NCBI GenBank assembly: GCA_038236005.1
Contig: JBBSTI010000001.1
Location: forward strand, 1 to 59,299
DNA: 59,299 nucleotides
Direction of reading: 5' to 3'
DNA from: Mycobacteriales bacterium
GTDB taxonomy: Bacteria > Actinomycetota > Actinomycetes > Mycobacteriales > SCTD01
Under the pieces are notes generated by a model. It worked only from the letters and a program-made list of their open reading frames with translations, did not search any database and was not told where the DNA came from. Position numbers and translations under genes: made by a program. Within the stretch, counting starts at the first letter, position 1. Each line of letters opens with the position of its first letter. Of this stretch, positions 39,988 through 49,860 are shown piece after piece.

Positions 39988-40356
39988 ATGACCAGCCGCC
40001 TCGCCGCCCTGTCCCTGGACGTTACCGACCCCTCGCCGCTGGCGGAGTTCTGGGCCGCCGTGCTCGGGTGGGAGGAGATCGAGCGCGACGAGACCGGGGT
40101 CAGCATCGCCGATCCGCGGACCGGCCTCACCATGGACCTGCTGCGCACGACCGACGCCAAACCCGTGAAGAACCGGTTGCACCTGGACGTGCGCGCGGAC
40201 GGCGGCACGACCGAGCAGGAGCTGGAGCGGCTGCTGTCCCTCGGGGCTGTGCGGGCCGACGTCGGGCAGGAGCCAGAGGTCTCGTGGGTGGTGCTCGCCG
40301 ACCCGGAGGGCAACGAGTTCTGCCTGCTCTCTGGCACCGTCCAGGAGAACGCGTGA
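39988..40356 (+). CDS. VOC/glyoxalase-family protein
   Basis: L.V.D......FW..VLGW and the C-terminal ADPEGNEFCL VOC signature. Confidence 0.85.
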   Translation: MTSRLAALSLDVTDPSPLAEFWAAVLGWEEIERDETGVSIADPRTGLTMDLLRTTDAKPVKNRLHLDVRADGGTTEQELERLLSLGAVRADVGQEPEVSWVVLADPEGNEFCLLSGTVQENA

Positions 40357-40709
40357 CGCTCAGCGTCCCGGAGATCCTGGACGCCGACCTGCCCGGCTGG
40401 CGGCTGAACGGCAAGGCGCTGCACGCACGGTTCGTGACGAGCGACTTCCGTACGGGCCTCGCCTTCGTGGAGGCCGTCGGCGAGGCGGCCGAGCGGGTCG
40501 ACCACCACCCGGACGTCACTCTGACCTATCCGTACGTGCAGCTGCGGCTCACCAGCCACGACGTCGGCGAGGTGACCCGCCGCGACCTCGACCTGGCGTC
40601 GGTGATCGCGCAGATCGCCCGGGAGCAGGGTCTGAGTAGCGAGCCGGCGTTCTCGCTGCCGGACCCCGAGGGCAATCAGGCCTGCGTCTGCGGCTGCTCA
40701 GACCACTGA
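40353..40709 (+). CDS. Pterin-4a-carbinolamine dehydratase-like protein with extra VOC-like tail
   Basis: F..A..FV..V...AE...HHPD(V/I)...Y..V...L.THD signature. The GTG overlaps the upstream stop (GTGA). The last 20 aa are FSLPDPEGNQACV... Confidence 0.75.
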   Translation: MTLSVPEILDADLPGWRLNGKALHARFVTSDFRTGLAFVEAVGEAAERVDHHPDVTLTYPYVQLRLTSHDVGEVTRRDLDLASVIAQIAREQGLSSEPAFSLPDPEGNQACVCGCSDH

Positions 40710-40882
40710 CGGGACGCCCGTGGGTGTGTGCGCTCGGCGTGAGCACGCCAGGCCTGACGACAGCGGATATCGGATGGTGACGCGTTACGGGCGGGGGGAG
40801 CAGGCCCCCTGCGGCACACCGGGACCACGCTGTCGGTGGACGACCTGATCGGGCCACCGACCGACTGAGCCGGCTCGGTAGC

Positions 40883-42175
40883 GTGCCGATGATGAGCGGA
40901 CCCGAGGTCGGACAGCGCTACCTGCCGCTCAGCACCGACCGGGTCGTCGGGCTGCTCACCCAGGACCGCGACAGCACGAGCGACCGCGAGGACCTGGCCG
41001 GGCTCGCGCGGCTGCTGCGGTCGCTGCTGCACGCGCGCTACCGGGAGCGGTGGGAGCAGGCGCAGGCGGCGTACGCCCCGTTCGGTCCGGACGCCGACGG
41101 TCCAGCGAGCGACGAGCAGGCCGCGATCATGCTGGCCGAGCTGGCGCCGATCCTGGACTCGGCCAACTACGACGAGGTGCCGCGCGCGGTCCTGGAACGG
41201 GCGCTCGGCGAGTCTGCGGTGTTCAAGGTCGCCCTGCACGCCCGGCTCGAGGACTTCGCCGACCTGCGGCTCTGGCGCCGGTCCGCCGCCCCGCGCCACG
41301 ACACGGTGACACGGTGGTTCGGGCTGAAGAAGCAGGAGGTCGACTACCTGCAGTACGACCGGGTGGTGCTCTGGGCCCGCTATCAGGACCAGGTTCCCGG
41401 CGACGACCTGCCGTACGCCCCCGGCACCGCCCTGCTCAAGCTCTATCAGGACGTCCCCGAGGCCGACCTCGAGATGCTGCTGCCCAACACCGAGGTGCGG
41501 ATGCGCACCTTCGACAAGGTCGTCATCGGGGTGCCGGCGGCGATCAGCGGCGTGATCGTGGCGGTGACCAAGCTGGCGACCGCGCTCGGCGTGCTGTTCC
41601 TGCTGGCGGCGACCACGGTGGGGATCCGTGCGCAGGAGCCGGAGATCGACCGGGCCACCCTCGTCACCCTGCTGGCGGGTCTCGCTGCGTTCCTGGGCTA
41701 TCTGTGGCGGCAGTGGAGCAAATACAAGAACCGTCGGATCGCGTTCATGCAGACGCTGTCGCAGAACCTGTACGGCAAGACGCTCGGGGACGGGCCCGGT
41801 GTGCTGTTCACGGTGCTCGAGGCCGCCGAGCAGGAGGATGTGAAGGAGGCGCTGCTCGCCTACCGCGGGCTGCTGGACGGGCCGCTGACCGCCGACGACC
41901 TGGACGACCGGGTCGAAGGATGGCTTCGGCCGCTGTGTCCGCTCGGCTCGTTGCCGGTCGACTTCGACGTGGCCGACGGGCTTCGGACCCTGGTGAGCCT
42001 GGGGGTCGTCGTTCAGCACGGCAGCCTGTGGCAGGTTCGCGAGCCGGCGGACGCGACCCGGGCTCTTCGAGACCGGTGGCAGACGCTGGGTGACGGGCTG
42101 CTCTCGGGCGAGGGGTCCCGCCGGACGGCGATGACGGCCAGCCCAGACGGTCCGGAGCGGGACCGAGCGAGCTGA
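40883..42175 (+). CDS. Membrane protein, DUF3754/TMEM143-like
   Basis: Large soluble N-domain, then two TM segments (VVIGVPAAISGVIVAVTKLA, LVTLLAGLAAFLGYLW). The family assignment is from memory of the domain pattern. Confidence 0.6.
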   Translation: MPMMSGPEVGQRYLPLSTDRVVGLLTQDRDSTSDREDLAGLARLLRSLLHARYRERWEQAQAAYAPFGPDADGPASDEQAAIMLAELAPILDSANYDEVPRAVLERALGESAVFKVALHARLEDFADLRLWRRSAAPRHDTVTRWFGLKKQEVDYLQYDRVVLWARYQDQVPGDDLPYAPGTALLKLYQDVPEADLEMLLPNTEVRMRTFDKVVIGVPAAISGVIVAVTKLATALGVLFLLAATTVGIRAQEPEIDRATLVTLLAGLAAFLGYLWRQWSKYKNRRIAFMQTLSQNLYGKTLGDGPGVLFTVLEAAEQEDVKEALLAYRGLLDGPLTADDLDDRVEGWLRPLCPLGSLPVDFDVADGLRTLVSLGVVVQHGSLWQVREPADATRALRDRWQTLGDGLLSGEGSRRTAMTASPDGPERDRAS

Positions 42176-42223
42176 GGGGCGCCGAAGGCGGTAGATCGCT
42201 GCCAGGCAGGAGAGCGTGACGTC

Positions 42224-42394
42224 ATGGCTGATGACGAGAACGTGATCGACGTGGTGGTGGAGATCCCGCGCGGGAGTCGCAACAAAAACGAGTTCGCCGA
42301 GAAGACCGGTGCCCTGCGCCCGGCAGAGACCGAGCAGCTCGACGCCGCTGCCGCGATGTCTGCTCTGCGCGACGCGCAGGAGCGAGCCGACTGA
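42224..42394 (+). pseudogene. Truncated inorganic pyrophosphatase fragment (N-terminal about 24 aa homologous)
   Basis: MADDENVIDVVVEIPRGSRNKNEF matches the Ppa start (..V.IEIP.GSRNKYE). It then diverges and stops after 56 aa. Confidence 0.55.
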
Positions 42395-42427
42395 CCCAGG
42401 CGGGCGCGGGTCGTGCTCACCCGCGGG

Positions 42428-43204
42428 TCAGCCGAAGCGACCGGTGATGTAGTCCTCGGTGCGCTTCTCGGTCGGGTTGGAGAAGATCTTGTCGGTCTCA
42501 CCGATCTCGACGAGCCGACCCGGCTCTCCGGTCCCGGCGATGTGGAAGAACGCGGTCTGGTCCGACACCCGCGCGGCCTGCTGCATGTTGTGCGTGACGA
42601 TGACGATCGTGAACTGGTCCTTCAGCTCTTGCATGAGCTCCTCGATCGCGAGGGTCGAGATCGGGTCGAGCGCGGAGCAGGGCTCGTCCATCAGCAGCAC
42701 CTCGGGCTTGACCGCGATCGCACGGGCGATGCACAGCCGCTGCTGCTGACCGCCGGACAGACCGGCGCCGGGCCGGTCCAGGCGGTCCTTGACCTCCTCC
42801 CACAGGTTGGCGCTGCGCAGCGAGGACTCGACGACCTGCGCGGTCTCCCGCTTGTTGGTCTTGCCGTTCAGGCGCATCCCGGCGACAACGTTCTCGGCGA
42901 TCGACATGGTCGGGAATGGGTTGGGTCGCTGGAACACCATGCCGACGCTGCGGCGGACCTCGACCGGGTCTACACCGGAGCCGTAGATGTCGCGGTCGTC
43001 CAGGGCGATCGTGCCCTCGACGCGGGTCCCCGGGATCACCTCGTGCATGCGGTTGATCGTGCGCAGCGCGGTGGACTTCCCGCAGCCGGACGGGCCGATG
43101 AAGGCGGTCACGGACTTGGGCTCGATGTGCATGCTCACGTCGGCGATCGCACGAAAGCTGCCGTAGAAGGCGCTCACGTTGTCGAGGGTGATCTGCTTGG
43201 CCAC
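42428..43204 (-). CDS. pstB: Phosphate ABC transporter ATP-binding protein
   Basis: PstB-specific [11 protein letters not shown], Walker [10 protein letters not shown], signature [17 protein letters not shown] 43204. Confidence 0.95.
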   Translation of the reverse strand: MAKQITLDNVSAFYGSFRAIADVSMHIEPKSVTAFIGPSGCGKSTALRTINRMHEVIPGTRVEGTIALDDRDIYGSGVDPVEVRRSVGMVFQRPNPFPTMSIAENVVAGMRLNGKTNKRETAQVVESSLRSANLWEEVKDRLDRPGAGLSGGQQQRLCIARAIAVKPEVLLMDEPCSALDPISTLAIEELMQELKDQFTIVIVTHNMQQAARVSDQTAFFHIAGTGEPGRLVEIGETDKIFSNPTEKRTEDYITGRFG

Positions 43205-43352
43205 GAGATCCTCGTTGCTGTCGGCGGGCGCACCGGACCTGCAGGGCGCTGTGTGGAGCGTAGATCTGCAGCGCCACGTCGCCGTGCCGGAAAGATGAAC
43301 AGCAGATGACGTACCGATGGCCGCCCGGTGGCGGACCCGCACGGCTCCCGTC

Positions 43353-43374
43353 GTTCAGCCGTTGTTCACTCAAA
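43353..43374 (+). promoter_or_regulatory. Candidate PHO box: two 11-nt direct repeat units GTTCAgccgtt GTTCActcaaa
   Basis: Lies 117 nt upstream of the pstS GTG in the pstB/pstS divergent region. Matches the actinobacterial PhoP GTTCA-N6 11-nt unit architecture. Confidence 0.55.
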
Positions 43375-43490
43375 TCGGGTCGCGGGGACACCTGATCTCC
43401 CTAGCGTCCCAGGTCGACCGCAGCGGCGGGGCGCCGTCCGGCGCCCGGGCCGGACCTGCGGGACACGCTCCGACGAGAGGCACTCCAGCT

Positions 43491-44612
43491 GTGAACACGA
43501 AGTCCTACGCCCGCGTGGTGGCCGTCCTGGCCACCGGTTCGCTGGCCCTGACCGCCTGCGGCTCGAGCAGCTCGCCCTCGACCCCGGGTGCCACGACGAG
43601 CGAAGGCGGCTCCTCCGCCCCGGCCGCCAGCACGGACCTCAAGGGCACCCTGAACGGCGCCGGCGCCAGCACGCAGACCGCCGCGATGGAGGCCTGGAAC
43701 GCGGGCTTCACCGGCATCAACCCCGATGTCACGTTCAACTACGACGCCGTCGGCTCCGGCAGCGGTCGCGAGCAGTTCCTGGCCGGCGGCAACATCCTGT
43801 TCGCCGGCTCGGACGCCCCGCTGGACACCGAGGAGCAGGCGACGGCCAAGACCCGCTGCAACGGCAGCGACGCGATCGAGATCCCGGCCTACATCAGCCC
43901 GATCGCGATCGTCTACAACCTCGACGGCGTCACGGACCTCAACCTGACCCCTGCGGTCCTCGCCGGCATCTTCAACCAGAAGATCACCAGCTGGGACGCG
44001 CCGGAGATCAAGGCCGACAACCCCGACGCCACCCTGCCGAGCCTGAAGATCACCCCCGTGAACCGCGCCGACAAGTCCGGCACGACGGAGAACTTCACGA
44101 CCTACCTGGCCGACGCCGCGAAGGACGCCTGGCCGCACGAGGCCGCTCAGGTCTGGCCGGTTGCCGGGGGTGAGGCGGCTGACAAGACGTCCGGTGTCAT
44201 CGCCGCGATCAAGGCCGGCAGCGGCACGATCGGGTACGCGGACGCCAGCCAGGTCGGCGACCTCGGCGTGGCCAAGGTCAAGGTGGGCGAGAAGTTCGTC
44301 GCGGCCTCGGCCGAGGGCGCTGCCGCACTGGTGGACCTCTCCCCGCGGGCCGAGGGTTTGCCGGAGGGTGACATCGTCGTCGCCCTCGACCGTACGACGA
44401 CCGACACCAGCGCCTACCCGGTCTCGCTGGTGTCCTACCTGATCGCCTGCGGCACCTACGCCAACGCTGACGAGGCCGGCCTGGTCAAGGGCTTCCTGTC
44501 CTACGTGATCAGCAAGGACGGTCAGGCGGCCGCGGCCGAGAACGCCGGCAGCGCGCCGATCGGTGACAAGCTGCGGGCCGACGCCGAGAAGGCCGTCGGC
44601 TCCATCACGTAG
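43491..44612 (+). CDS. pstS: Phosphate ABC transporter substrate-binding lipoprotein
   Basis: Lipobox LALTAC after the signal peptide, and a PstS fold (GAGASTQ, DKSGTTENFT). GTG 43491 follows GAGAGG. Confidence 0.95.
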   Translation: MNTKSYARVVAVLATGSLALTACGSSSSPSTPGATTSEGGSSAPAASTDLKGTLNGAGASTQTAAMEAWNAGFTGINPDVTFNYDAVGSGSGREQFLAGGNILFAGSDAPLDTEEQATAKTRCNGSDAIEIPAYISPIAIVYNLDGVTDLNLTPAVLAGIFNQKITSWDAPEIKADNPDATLPSLKITPVNRADKSGTTENFTTYLADAAKDAWPHEAAQVWPVAGGEAADKTSGVIAAIKAGSGTIGYADASQVGDLGVAKVKVGEKFVAASAEGAAALVDLSPRAEGLPEGDIVVALDRTTTDTSAYPVSLVSYLIACGTYANADEAGLVKGFLSYVISKDGQAAAAENAGSAPIGDKLRADAEKAVGSIT

Positions 44613-44754
44613 CCCCGCCCGTCGCCCTGGGCGGCCACCTGGTTGTCTCGCAGCCCGGTGGCCGCCCTCGGTCGGTTGTCGACCGGGGCACGATGTGTCT
44701 GACAATCCCACCTGATCTGCCCAGCCCGTAGCTCCACCGACCCGGACGGCAACC

Positions 44755-45729
44755 GTGACCTCACCGACCACTGCCTTGACCCCGCAGCCGCCACCGCCAC
44801 GGGTGGGCGGGCAGGCGCCTCAGCGACGCGGTGACCGGGTCTTCGCCGGCCTGTCGCTCGGCGCCGGCGTGCTGATCCTGCTCACCCTTGCAGCCGTTGC
44901 GCTGTTCCTCATCACCGAGGGCTATCCCGCGCTGGTCGCCGACAAGGCAGACCTGCCGTACGGCATCAGCTTCTGGGCCTACGTCGGACCGGTGGTCTTC
45001 GGGACCCTGCTGGCTGCGGCCGTCGCGCTGCTGTTCGCGTTCCCGATGTCGATCGCGATCGCGCTCTATATCTCGCACTACGCACCGCGTCGCGTCGCCC
45101 GGTCGCTCGGCTACGTCGTCGACCTGCTCGCGGCGATCCCCAGCCTGGTGTACGGGCTGTGGGGGGTGGGGGTGCTTGCGCCCTACCTGGTCCCGCAGTA
45201 CGGCTGGCTCGGTCGCAACCTGGCCTGGCTGCCGTTCTTCACCGACAACGCCTCGGTGACCGGCCGGACGCTACTGACCGGTGGGCTGGTGCTCGCGGTA
45301 ATGATCCTGCCGATCATGACGGCGGTGAACCGGGAGGTCTTCCTGCAGACGCCGACCCTGCACGAGGAGGCCGCGCTGGCCCTCGGCGCAACCCGGTGGG
45401 AGATGGTCAGGATGACCGTCATCCCGTACGGCCGGTCGGGGATCGTCAGCGGCGCGATGCTCGGGCTCGGCCGTGCGCTCGGCGAGACCATCGCGATCCT
45501 CACGGTGGTGTCTGCCAACCCGCAGACCGTGTCGTTCGTGCTCAACACCAGCGACAACCCCTCCACGATCGCGGCCAACATCGCCGCGAAGTTCCCCGAG
45601 TCGACCGGGCTCGGCCTCAACGCGCTGATCGCCAGCGGCCTGGTGCTGTTCGTCATCACCTTCGCGGTCAACTACGCCGCACGCGCGGTGGTCGCCCGGC
45701 GCGCCGAGTTCGACGGAGCAGCCGGATGA
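44755..45729 (+). CDS. pstC: Phosphate ABC transporter permease PstC
   Basis: Six TM segments with EAA-like loop EAALALGATRWEM. Confidence 0.95.
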   Translation: MTSPTTALTPQPPPPRVGGQAPQRRGDRVFAGLSLGAGVLILLTLAAVALFLITEGYPALVADKADLPYGISFWAYVGPVVFGTLLAAAVALLFAFPMSIAIALYISHYAPRRVARSLGYVVDLLAAIPSLVYGLWGVGVLAPYLVPQYGWLGRNLAWLPFFTDNASVTGRTLLTGGLVLAVMILPIMTAVNREVFLQTPTLHEEAALALGATRWEMVRMTVIPYGRSGIVSGAMLGLGRALGETIAILTVVSANPQTVSFVLNTSDNPSTIAANIAAKFPESTGLGLNALIASGLVLFVITFAVNYAARAVVARRAEFDGAAG

Positions 45730-46787
45730 CCGCCACCCTGTCCCGCCCGGCCGCCGACGATCAGCCGACGATCTTCCGGCCGCTGCCGCGCTGGTTCCCG
45801 GCGGCCACCGTCGTCGCATCGGCGGCCGTCTCGGCGCTGCTGCAGCTGATGATCGGCGCGGGCATCGTCCGGTTCCTGCTGCTCACCGCAGTGATCTTCA
45901 CGCTCGTGCTTTACGTCGCCTCGCGCAACCAGGAGGGCAGCCGACGCGCCACCGACCGGTTCGTCACCAGCCTGGTGACCTCGTCGTTCCTGCTGGCGAT
46001 GCTGCCGCTCGCTTCGCTGACCATCACCGTGATCACCCGCGGGGTCGCACGGTTCGACCTCGCCTTCTTCACGACGGACATGCTCGGCGTCGTCGGGGCC
46101 GGCGGCGGTGGCAAAGCGGCCATCATCGGCACGTTCATCATCACCGGTCTCGCCACCGTCATCTCGGTGCCGGTCGGCCTGCTGACCGCGATCTACCTCG
46201 TGGAGTACGGCCGGGGTCGGCTGGCCCGCAGCATCACGTTCATGGTCGACGTCATGACCGGCATCCCGTCGATCGTGGCGGGCCTGTTCGCGTACGCGCT
46301 GTTCGTGATCTTCTTCGGGGCCAGCGTGCGGCTCGGCATCGGCGGGGCGATCGCGTTATCGGTGCTGATGACGCCGGTCGTGGTGCGCTCCAGCGAGGAG
46401 ATGCTCAAGCTGGTCCCGGCCGAGCTACGCGAGGCGTCGTACGCGCTGGGGGTCCCGAAGTACCGCACCATCCTCAAGGTGGTGCTGCCCGCCGCTGCAG
46501 CGGGGATCGCGACCGGCATCACCATCTCGATCGCCCGGGTGATCGGTGAGACTGCTCCGCTGCTGCTCATCACCGGCTCGCAACGGGGGGTGAACTGGAA
46601 CCCGTTCGACGGGCGCATGACGACGCTGCCGGTCTACGCGTTCGAGAACTTCACCCAGCCGGGAACCAGCGGCGCAGGCATCGACCGGGCCTGGACGGCA
46701 GCCCTGGTGCTGATGATCATCGTGCTGGGGCTCAACCTGGTCGCCCGGCTGATCGCCCGGTTCTTTGCCCCGAAGGGCGCCCGCTAG
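45726..46787 (+). CDS. pstA: Phosphate ABC transporter permease PstA
   Basis: ATG overlaps the pstC stop (ATGA). EASYALGVPKYRT loop and SIARVIGETAPLL. Confidence 0.95.
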   Translation: MTATLSRPAADDQPTIFRPLPRWFPAATVVASAAVSALLQLMIGAGIVRFLLLTAVIFTLVLYVASRNQEGSRRATDRFVTSLVTSSFLLAMLPLASLTITVITRGVARFDLAFFTTDMLGVVGAGGGGKAAIIGTFIITGLATVISVPVGLLTAIYLVEYGRGRLARSITFMVDVMTGIPSIVAGLFAYALFVIFFGASVRLGIGGAIALSVLMTPVVVRSSEEMLKLVPAELREASYALGVPKYRTILKVVLPAAAAGIATGITISIARVIGETAPLLLITGSQRGVNWNPFDGRMTTLPVYAFENFTQPGTSGAGIDRAWTAALVLMIIVLGLNLVARLIARFFAPKGAR

Positions 46788-47209
46788 ATCAGAGAGGGTC
46801 CGAGGCCCCGTCGTTCGGGACCCCGCCGGTCCGCCCCGCGGCGCACCGGACCGCCCGCTGCTGGATCGTCGGTTCCCTGGCCCTGGCGGAGCAGCAGGAC
46901 CGCGGCCAGCTCGGGATGCACGGCGTCGCGGCTGGCGGCTCGTGCGTGCTCGGCCCGTTGCCTGGCGCGGGCGAGCTCGTCGACCGGCAGGGACGCACCG
47001 GCCCTGCTCTCCGCCTCGGCGAGGGCAGTCACCGCGGCGAAGGCCTCGAACGCGAGCCGTTCGGCCTCTCGGGCCTGGCGCAGCACCGAGAGGCGGCCGG
47101 TCACCCGGTCGACGGCGGCCGGACCGTGCGCCAGCAGCGGCAGCAGCAGGGTGTCAAGGTCACGACGGCGCGCGTGCCAGCGGGCCAACAGGCGCAGTCG
47201 GTCGTCCAT
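46784..47209 (-). CDS. Hypothetical protein (Ala/Arg-rich helical)
   Basis: ATG-started 141-aa ORF filling the pstA-mshD gap. No family recognised; could be a GC-driven ORF. Confidence 0.35.
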   Translation of the reverse strand: MDDRLRLLARWHARRRDLDTLLLPLLAHGPAAVDRVTGRLSVLRQAREAERLAFEAFAAVTALAEAESRAGASLPVDELARARQRAEHARAASRDAVHPELAAVLLLRQGQGTDDPAAGGPVRRGADRRGPERRGLGPSLI

Positions 47210-47292
47210 CCCTCGATGATCTCCTGTCCGGGGCCCGCCGTCAGCCGTTCCCGACCAGGGCTCCGAACCTCACCCTGCGTCAGCGCAGATGC

Positions 47293-48108
47293 TCAATCGG
47301 GGACCGCCCAGGCCGTGTCGGTCGACACGGTCGTGAAGCCCCATCGGCGGTAGACGTGCACGGCCGCCGCGTTGTCGGCGTCCACGTAGAGGATCACGCG
47401 ATGCTCGCCGCGTCGCTGCAGGTGGTGCAGCCCGGCGAGCAGGATCGCCGTCCCGAGCCCGCCGCCCTGGGCCTGCGGGTCCACGGCGACGACGTAGACC
47501 TCGCCGGGCTTGCCCCCACCGACCCGCTTGGTCCAGTGCGAGGCGACCAGCCCGCCGTCACGCTCGGCGAGCAGCAGGTCCGCGGGGTCGAACCACGGCT
47601 CGCCGATCCGCCGAGTGAGGTCGTCCGCGGTCCAGGACCCCTGCTCCGGGTGCTCGGCGAAGGCGGCCGCGTTGAGGGCGAGCCATGCATCCTCGTCCCG
47701 ACCGACCTGGAAGCCGCGCAGGGTGACGCCGTCGGGCAGCGTGCGAGCCGGCAGGTCGATCAGGTCGCGACCCATCAGCAGCAGCTCCCGTGCCGCGGTC
47801 AGACCGAGGCTCACGGCCAGCTCGGTCGACCCGGGCAGGCTGCCGTGCGCCCAGAAGGAGCCGGTCGGGTCGGCCTCGAGCAGTGCTGCGGCGAGCGCCC
47901 GGCCGTGACCCTGCCGGCGCTGGCCGGGATCGACGACGAGCTCGGAGCTGCCTGCGTCGGTGGCCCCGTAGCCCGCCAGCTGCCGGGCGGGCCCGTCGAC
48001 GAGCAGGTGCGTGCCCGGCTCGGTCAGGTGGAGCATCGACTCCTCGTTGAGCGGCTCGGCTCGGTCGACCGCCACGGCGCGGGCCACCAGGTCGCGCACG
48101 GCGCTCAC
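47293..48108 (-). CDS. mshD: Mycothiol synthase-like tandem GNAT acetyltransferase (copy 1)
   Basis: Two GNAT halves (Q.RGHG, VDPQAQGGGLG) and MshD-type blocks AAFAEHPEQGSW, EPWFDPADLLLAE. The GTG 48108 start is inferred by alignment with copy 2. Confidence 0.8.
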   Translation of the reverse strand: MSAVRDLVARAVAVDRAEPLNEESMLHLTEPGTHLLVDGPARQLAGYGATDAGSSELVVDPGQRRQGHGRALAAALLEADPTGSFWAHGSLPGSTELAVSLGLTAARELLLMGRDLIDLPARTLPDGVTLRGFQVGRDEDAWLALNAAAFAEHPEQGSWTADDLTRRIGEPWFDPADLLLAERDGGLVASHWTKRVGGGKPGEVYVVAVDPQAQGGGLGTAILLAGLHHLQRRGEHRVILYVDADNAAAVHVYRRWGFTTVSTDTAWAVPD

Positions 48109-48155
48109 CTGGGTCTGGTCGAGCCGGTCGTGCCGGACGGGGCTCGCGGGCGGGT

Positions 48156-48893
48156 TCAGACCCGTACGCCTTCGGCGTCGGACGGATCCAGGGACGGGTC
48201 CTGCTCGAGGGCCGTGATCGGCGGCGTGACGAACTTGTAGCCGACGTGGCGCACCGTGCCGATCAGCTGCTCGTGCTCGACGCCCAGCTTGGCGCGGAGC
48301 CGTCGGACGTGGACGTCGACCGTGCGGGTGCCCCCGTAGTAGTCGTAGCCCCACACCTCCTGCAACAGCTGTGCCCGGGTGAAGACCCGGCCGGGGTGCT
48401 GCGCGAGGTATTTCAGCAGCTCGAACTCCTTGAAGGTGAGGTCTAGCGGACGGCCGCGAAAGCGGCAGGTGTAGGTGCCCTCGTCGATGGTCAGCCCGCC
48501 CGCGCGAACGACGCCCGGGTCAGCGACTGCGTTCTCGGCAGCCGCGTTGCGCCCGATCGCGAGCCGCAGCCGCGCGTCCACCTCGGCCGGGCCGGCGCTG
48601 TCCAGCAGCACGTCGTCGACGCCCCACTCGGCCGACAGACCGGCCAGGCCGCCCTCGGTGAGGATGGCGAACAGCGGGCCCTTGACCCCGGTGGTCTGCA
48701 GCAGGCGGCACAGCGACCGCGCGCGGACCAGGTCGCGACGCGCATCGACCAGGACGGCGCCGACAGGCGGCTGGTCCAGCAGCGCGCTGGCCTCCATCGG
48801 TGCGACCCGCACGTCGTGTGCGAGCAGGCCGAGCGCGGGAAGCATCTCCGCGGACGGGCCCAGCGCGTTGGTCAGAAGAAGGAGGCTTGCCAT
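48156..48893 (-). CDS. glnR: GlnR-family orphan OmpR-type response regulator (copy 1)
   Basis: [33 protein letters not shown], and a winged helix [50 protein letters not shown]. Collinear with Streptomyces GlnR as I recall it. Confidence 0.85.
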   Translation of the reverse strand: MASLLLLTNALGPSAEMLPALGLLAHDVRVAPMEASALLDQPPVGAVLVDARRDLVRARSLCRLLQTTGVKGPLFAILTEGGLAGLSAEWGVDDVLLDSAGPAEVDARLRLAIGRNAAAENAVADPGVVRAGGLTIDEGTYTCRFRGRPLDLTFKEFELLKYLAQHPGRVFTRAQLLQEVWGYDYYGGTRTVDVHVRRLRAKLGVEHEQLIGTVRHVGYKFVTPPITALEQDPSLDPSDAEGVRV

Positions 48894-49014
48894 GACGGTT
48901 CCCTGCTGTCGGCGGTGTCGGTGGCGTCCCTGTGCCAGGGACGTTGGTGCCGACCACGGGCGCCGTTGCCCACGATCTTGACGCGCCGCACGAAGGTGCC
49001 AGCGCGGGCTGAAG

Positions 49015-49860
49015 GTGTTGCTGAGAAGTGCAACCGGTTACGAGAAGGTGTTCGACGTGCTGCACCAGAATGACACGGCCCGCGTTTCCTGCGTGTTACG
49101 GACGGCCGACGGGGTGCTTCTGGAAGGGGTCCGGCAGGGCGTTCGCTCACCCACCTGGCTGGTGGTGGCGCACGGCTTCTCCGGCTCGGTGCAGGGCGCC
49201 GCGGTCCGCCGCGTCGTGGACCGGTGGGGCCTTCGGGCCACGGTCCTTGCGTACGACGCCCGCGGTCACGGACGCTCCGGCGGCCTGTCCACGCTGGGCG
49301 ACCGGGAGGTGCTCGACGTCGATGCGGCGGTGGCGCACGCTCGGGCGTACGGCGCCGAACGGGTCGTCACGGTCGGCTTCTCCATGGGTGGCGCCGCGGT
49401 CCTGCGGCACGCTGCGGGGGTGCCCGGCTACGGGCTGCGGCAGACGCCGGACGCGGTCGTCGCGGTCAGCAGCACCGGTGCGTGGTCGCAGCGTGCGTCC
49501 GCGACCGGGCCGCTGCGTCGGCTGCACCTGCTGGTCGAGACCCGAGCGGGACGTCGCGTCGCCCGGGTGCTGATGCACACGCGGACAGACCCGCTCGGCT
49601 GGCCGGTGACACCGCTCGCACCGGCCGAGATCGTCCCGAGGATCGGTGTGCCGGTGCTGGTCGTGCACGGCGACCGGGACGGCTACTTCGGGCTGGAGCA
49701 CCCGCGGGCGCTCGGTGCGGCCGGGGCGACGGTGTGGATCGAGCCCGGGCTCGGGCATGCTGAGGTGGCGGTCGGACCCGAGCTGCTGGACCGGATCTCC
49801 GCGTATGCGTTGACCGTCGGCGTCCTGCCCGCGGACCGAGAGACGGGTGGGCTGTCGTGA
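49015..49860 (+). CDS. Alpha/beta hydrolase
   Basis: Oxyanion VVAHGFSGS, nucleophile elbow GFSMGG, C-terminal GLGHAE. The stop overlaps the moaD-like GTG. Confidence 0.8.
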   Translation: MLLRSATGYEKVFDVLHQNDTARVSCVLRTADGVLLEGVRQGVRSPTWLVVAHGFSGSVQGAAVRRVVDRWGLRATVLAYDARGHGRSGGLSTLGDREVLDVDAAVAHARAYGAERVVTVGFSMGGAAVLRHAAGVPGYGLRQTPDAVVAVSSTGAWSQRASATGPLRRLHLLVETRAGRRVARVLMHTRTDPLGWPVTPLAPAEIVPRIGVPVLVVHGDRDGYFGLEHPRALGAAGATVWIEPGLGHAEVAVGPELLDRISAYALTVGVLPADRETGGLS

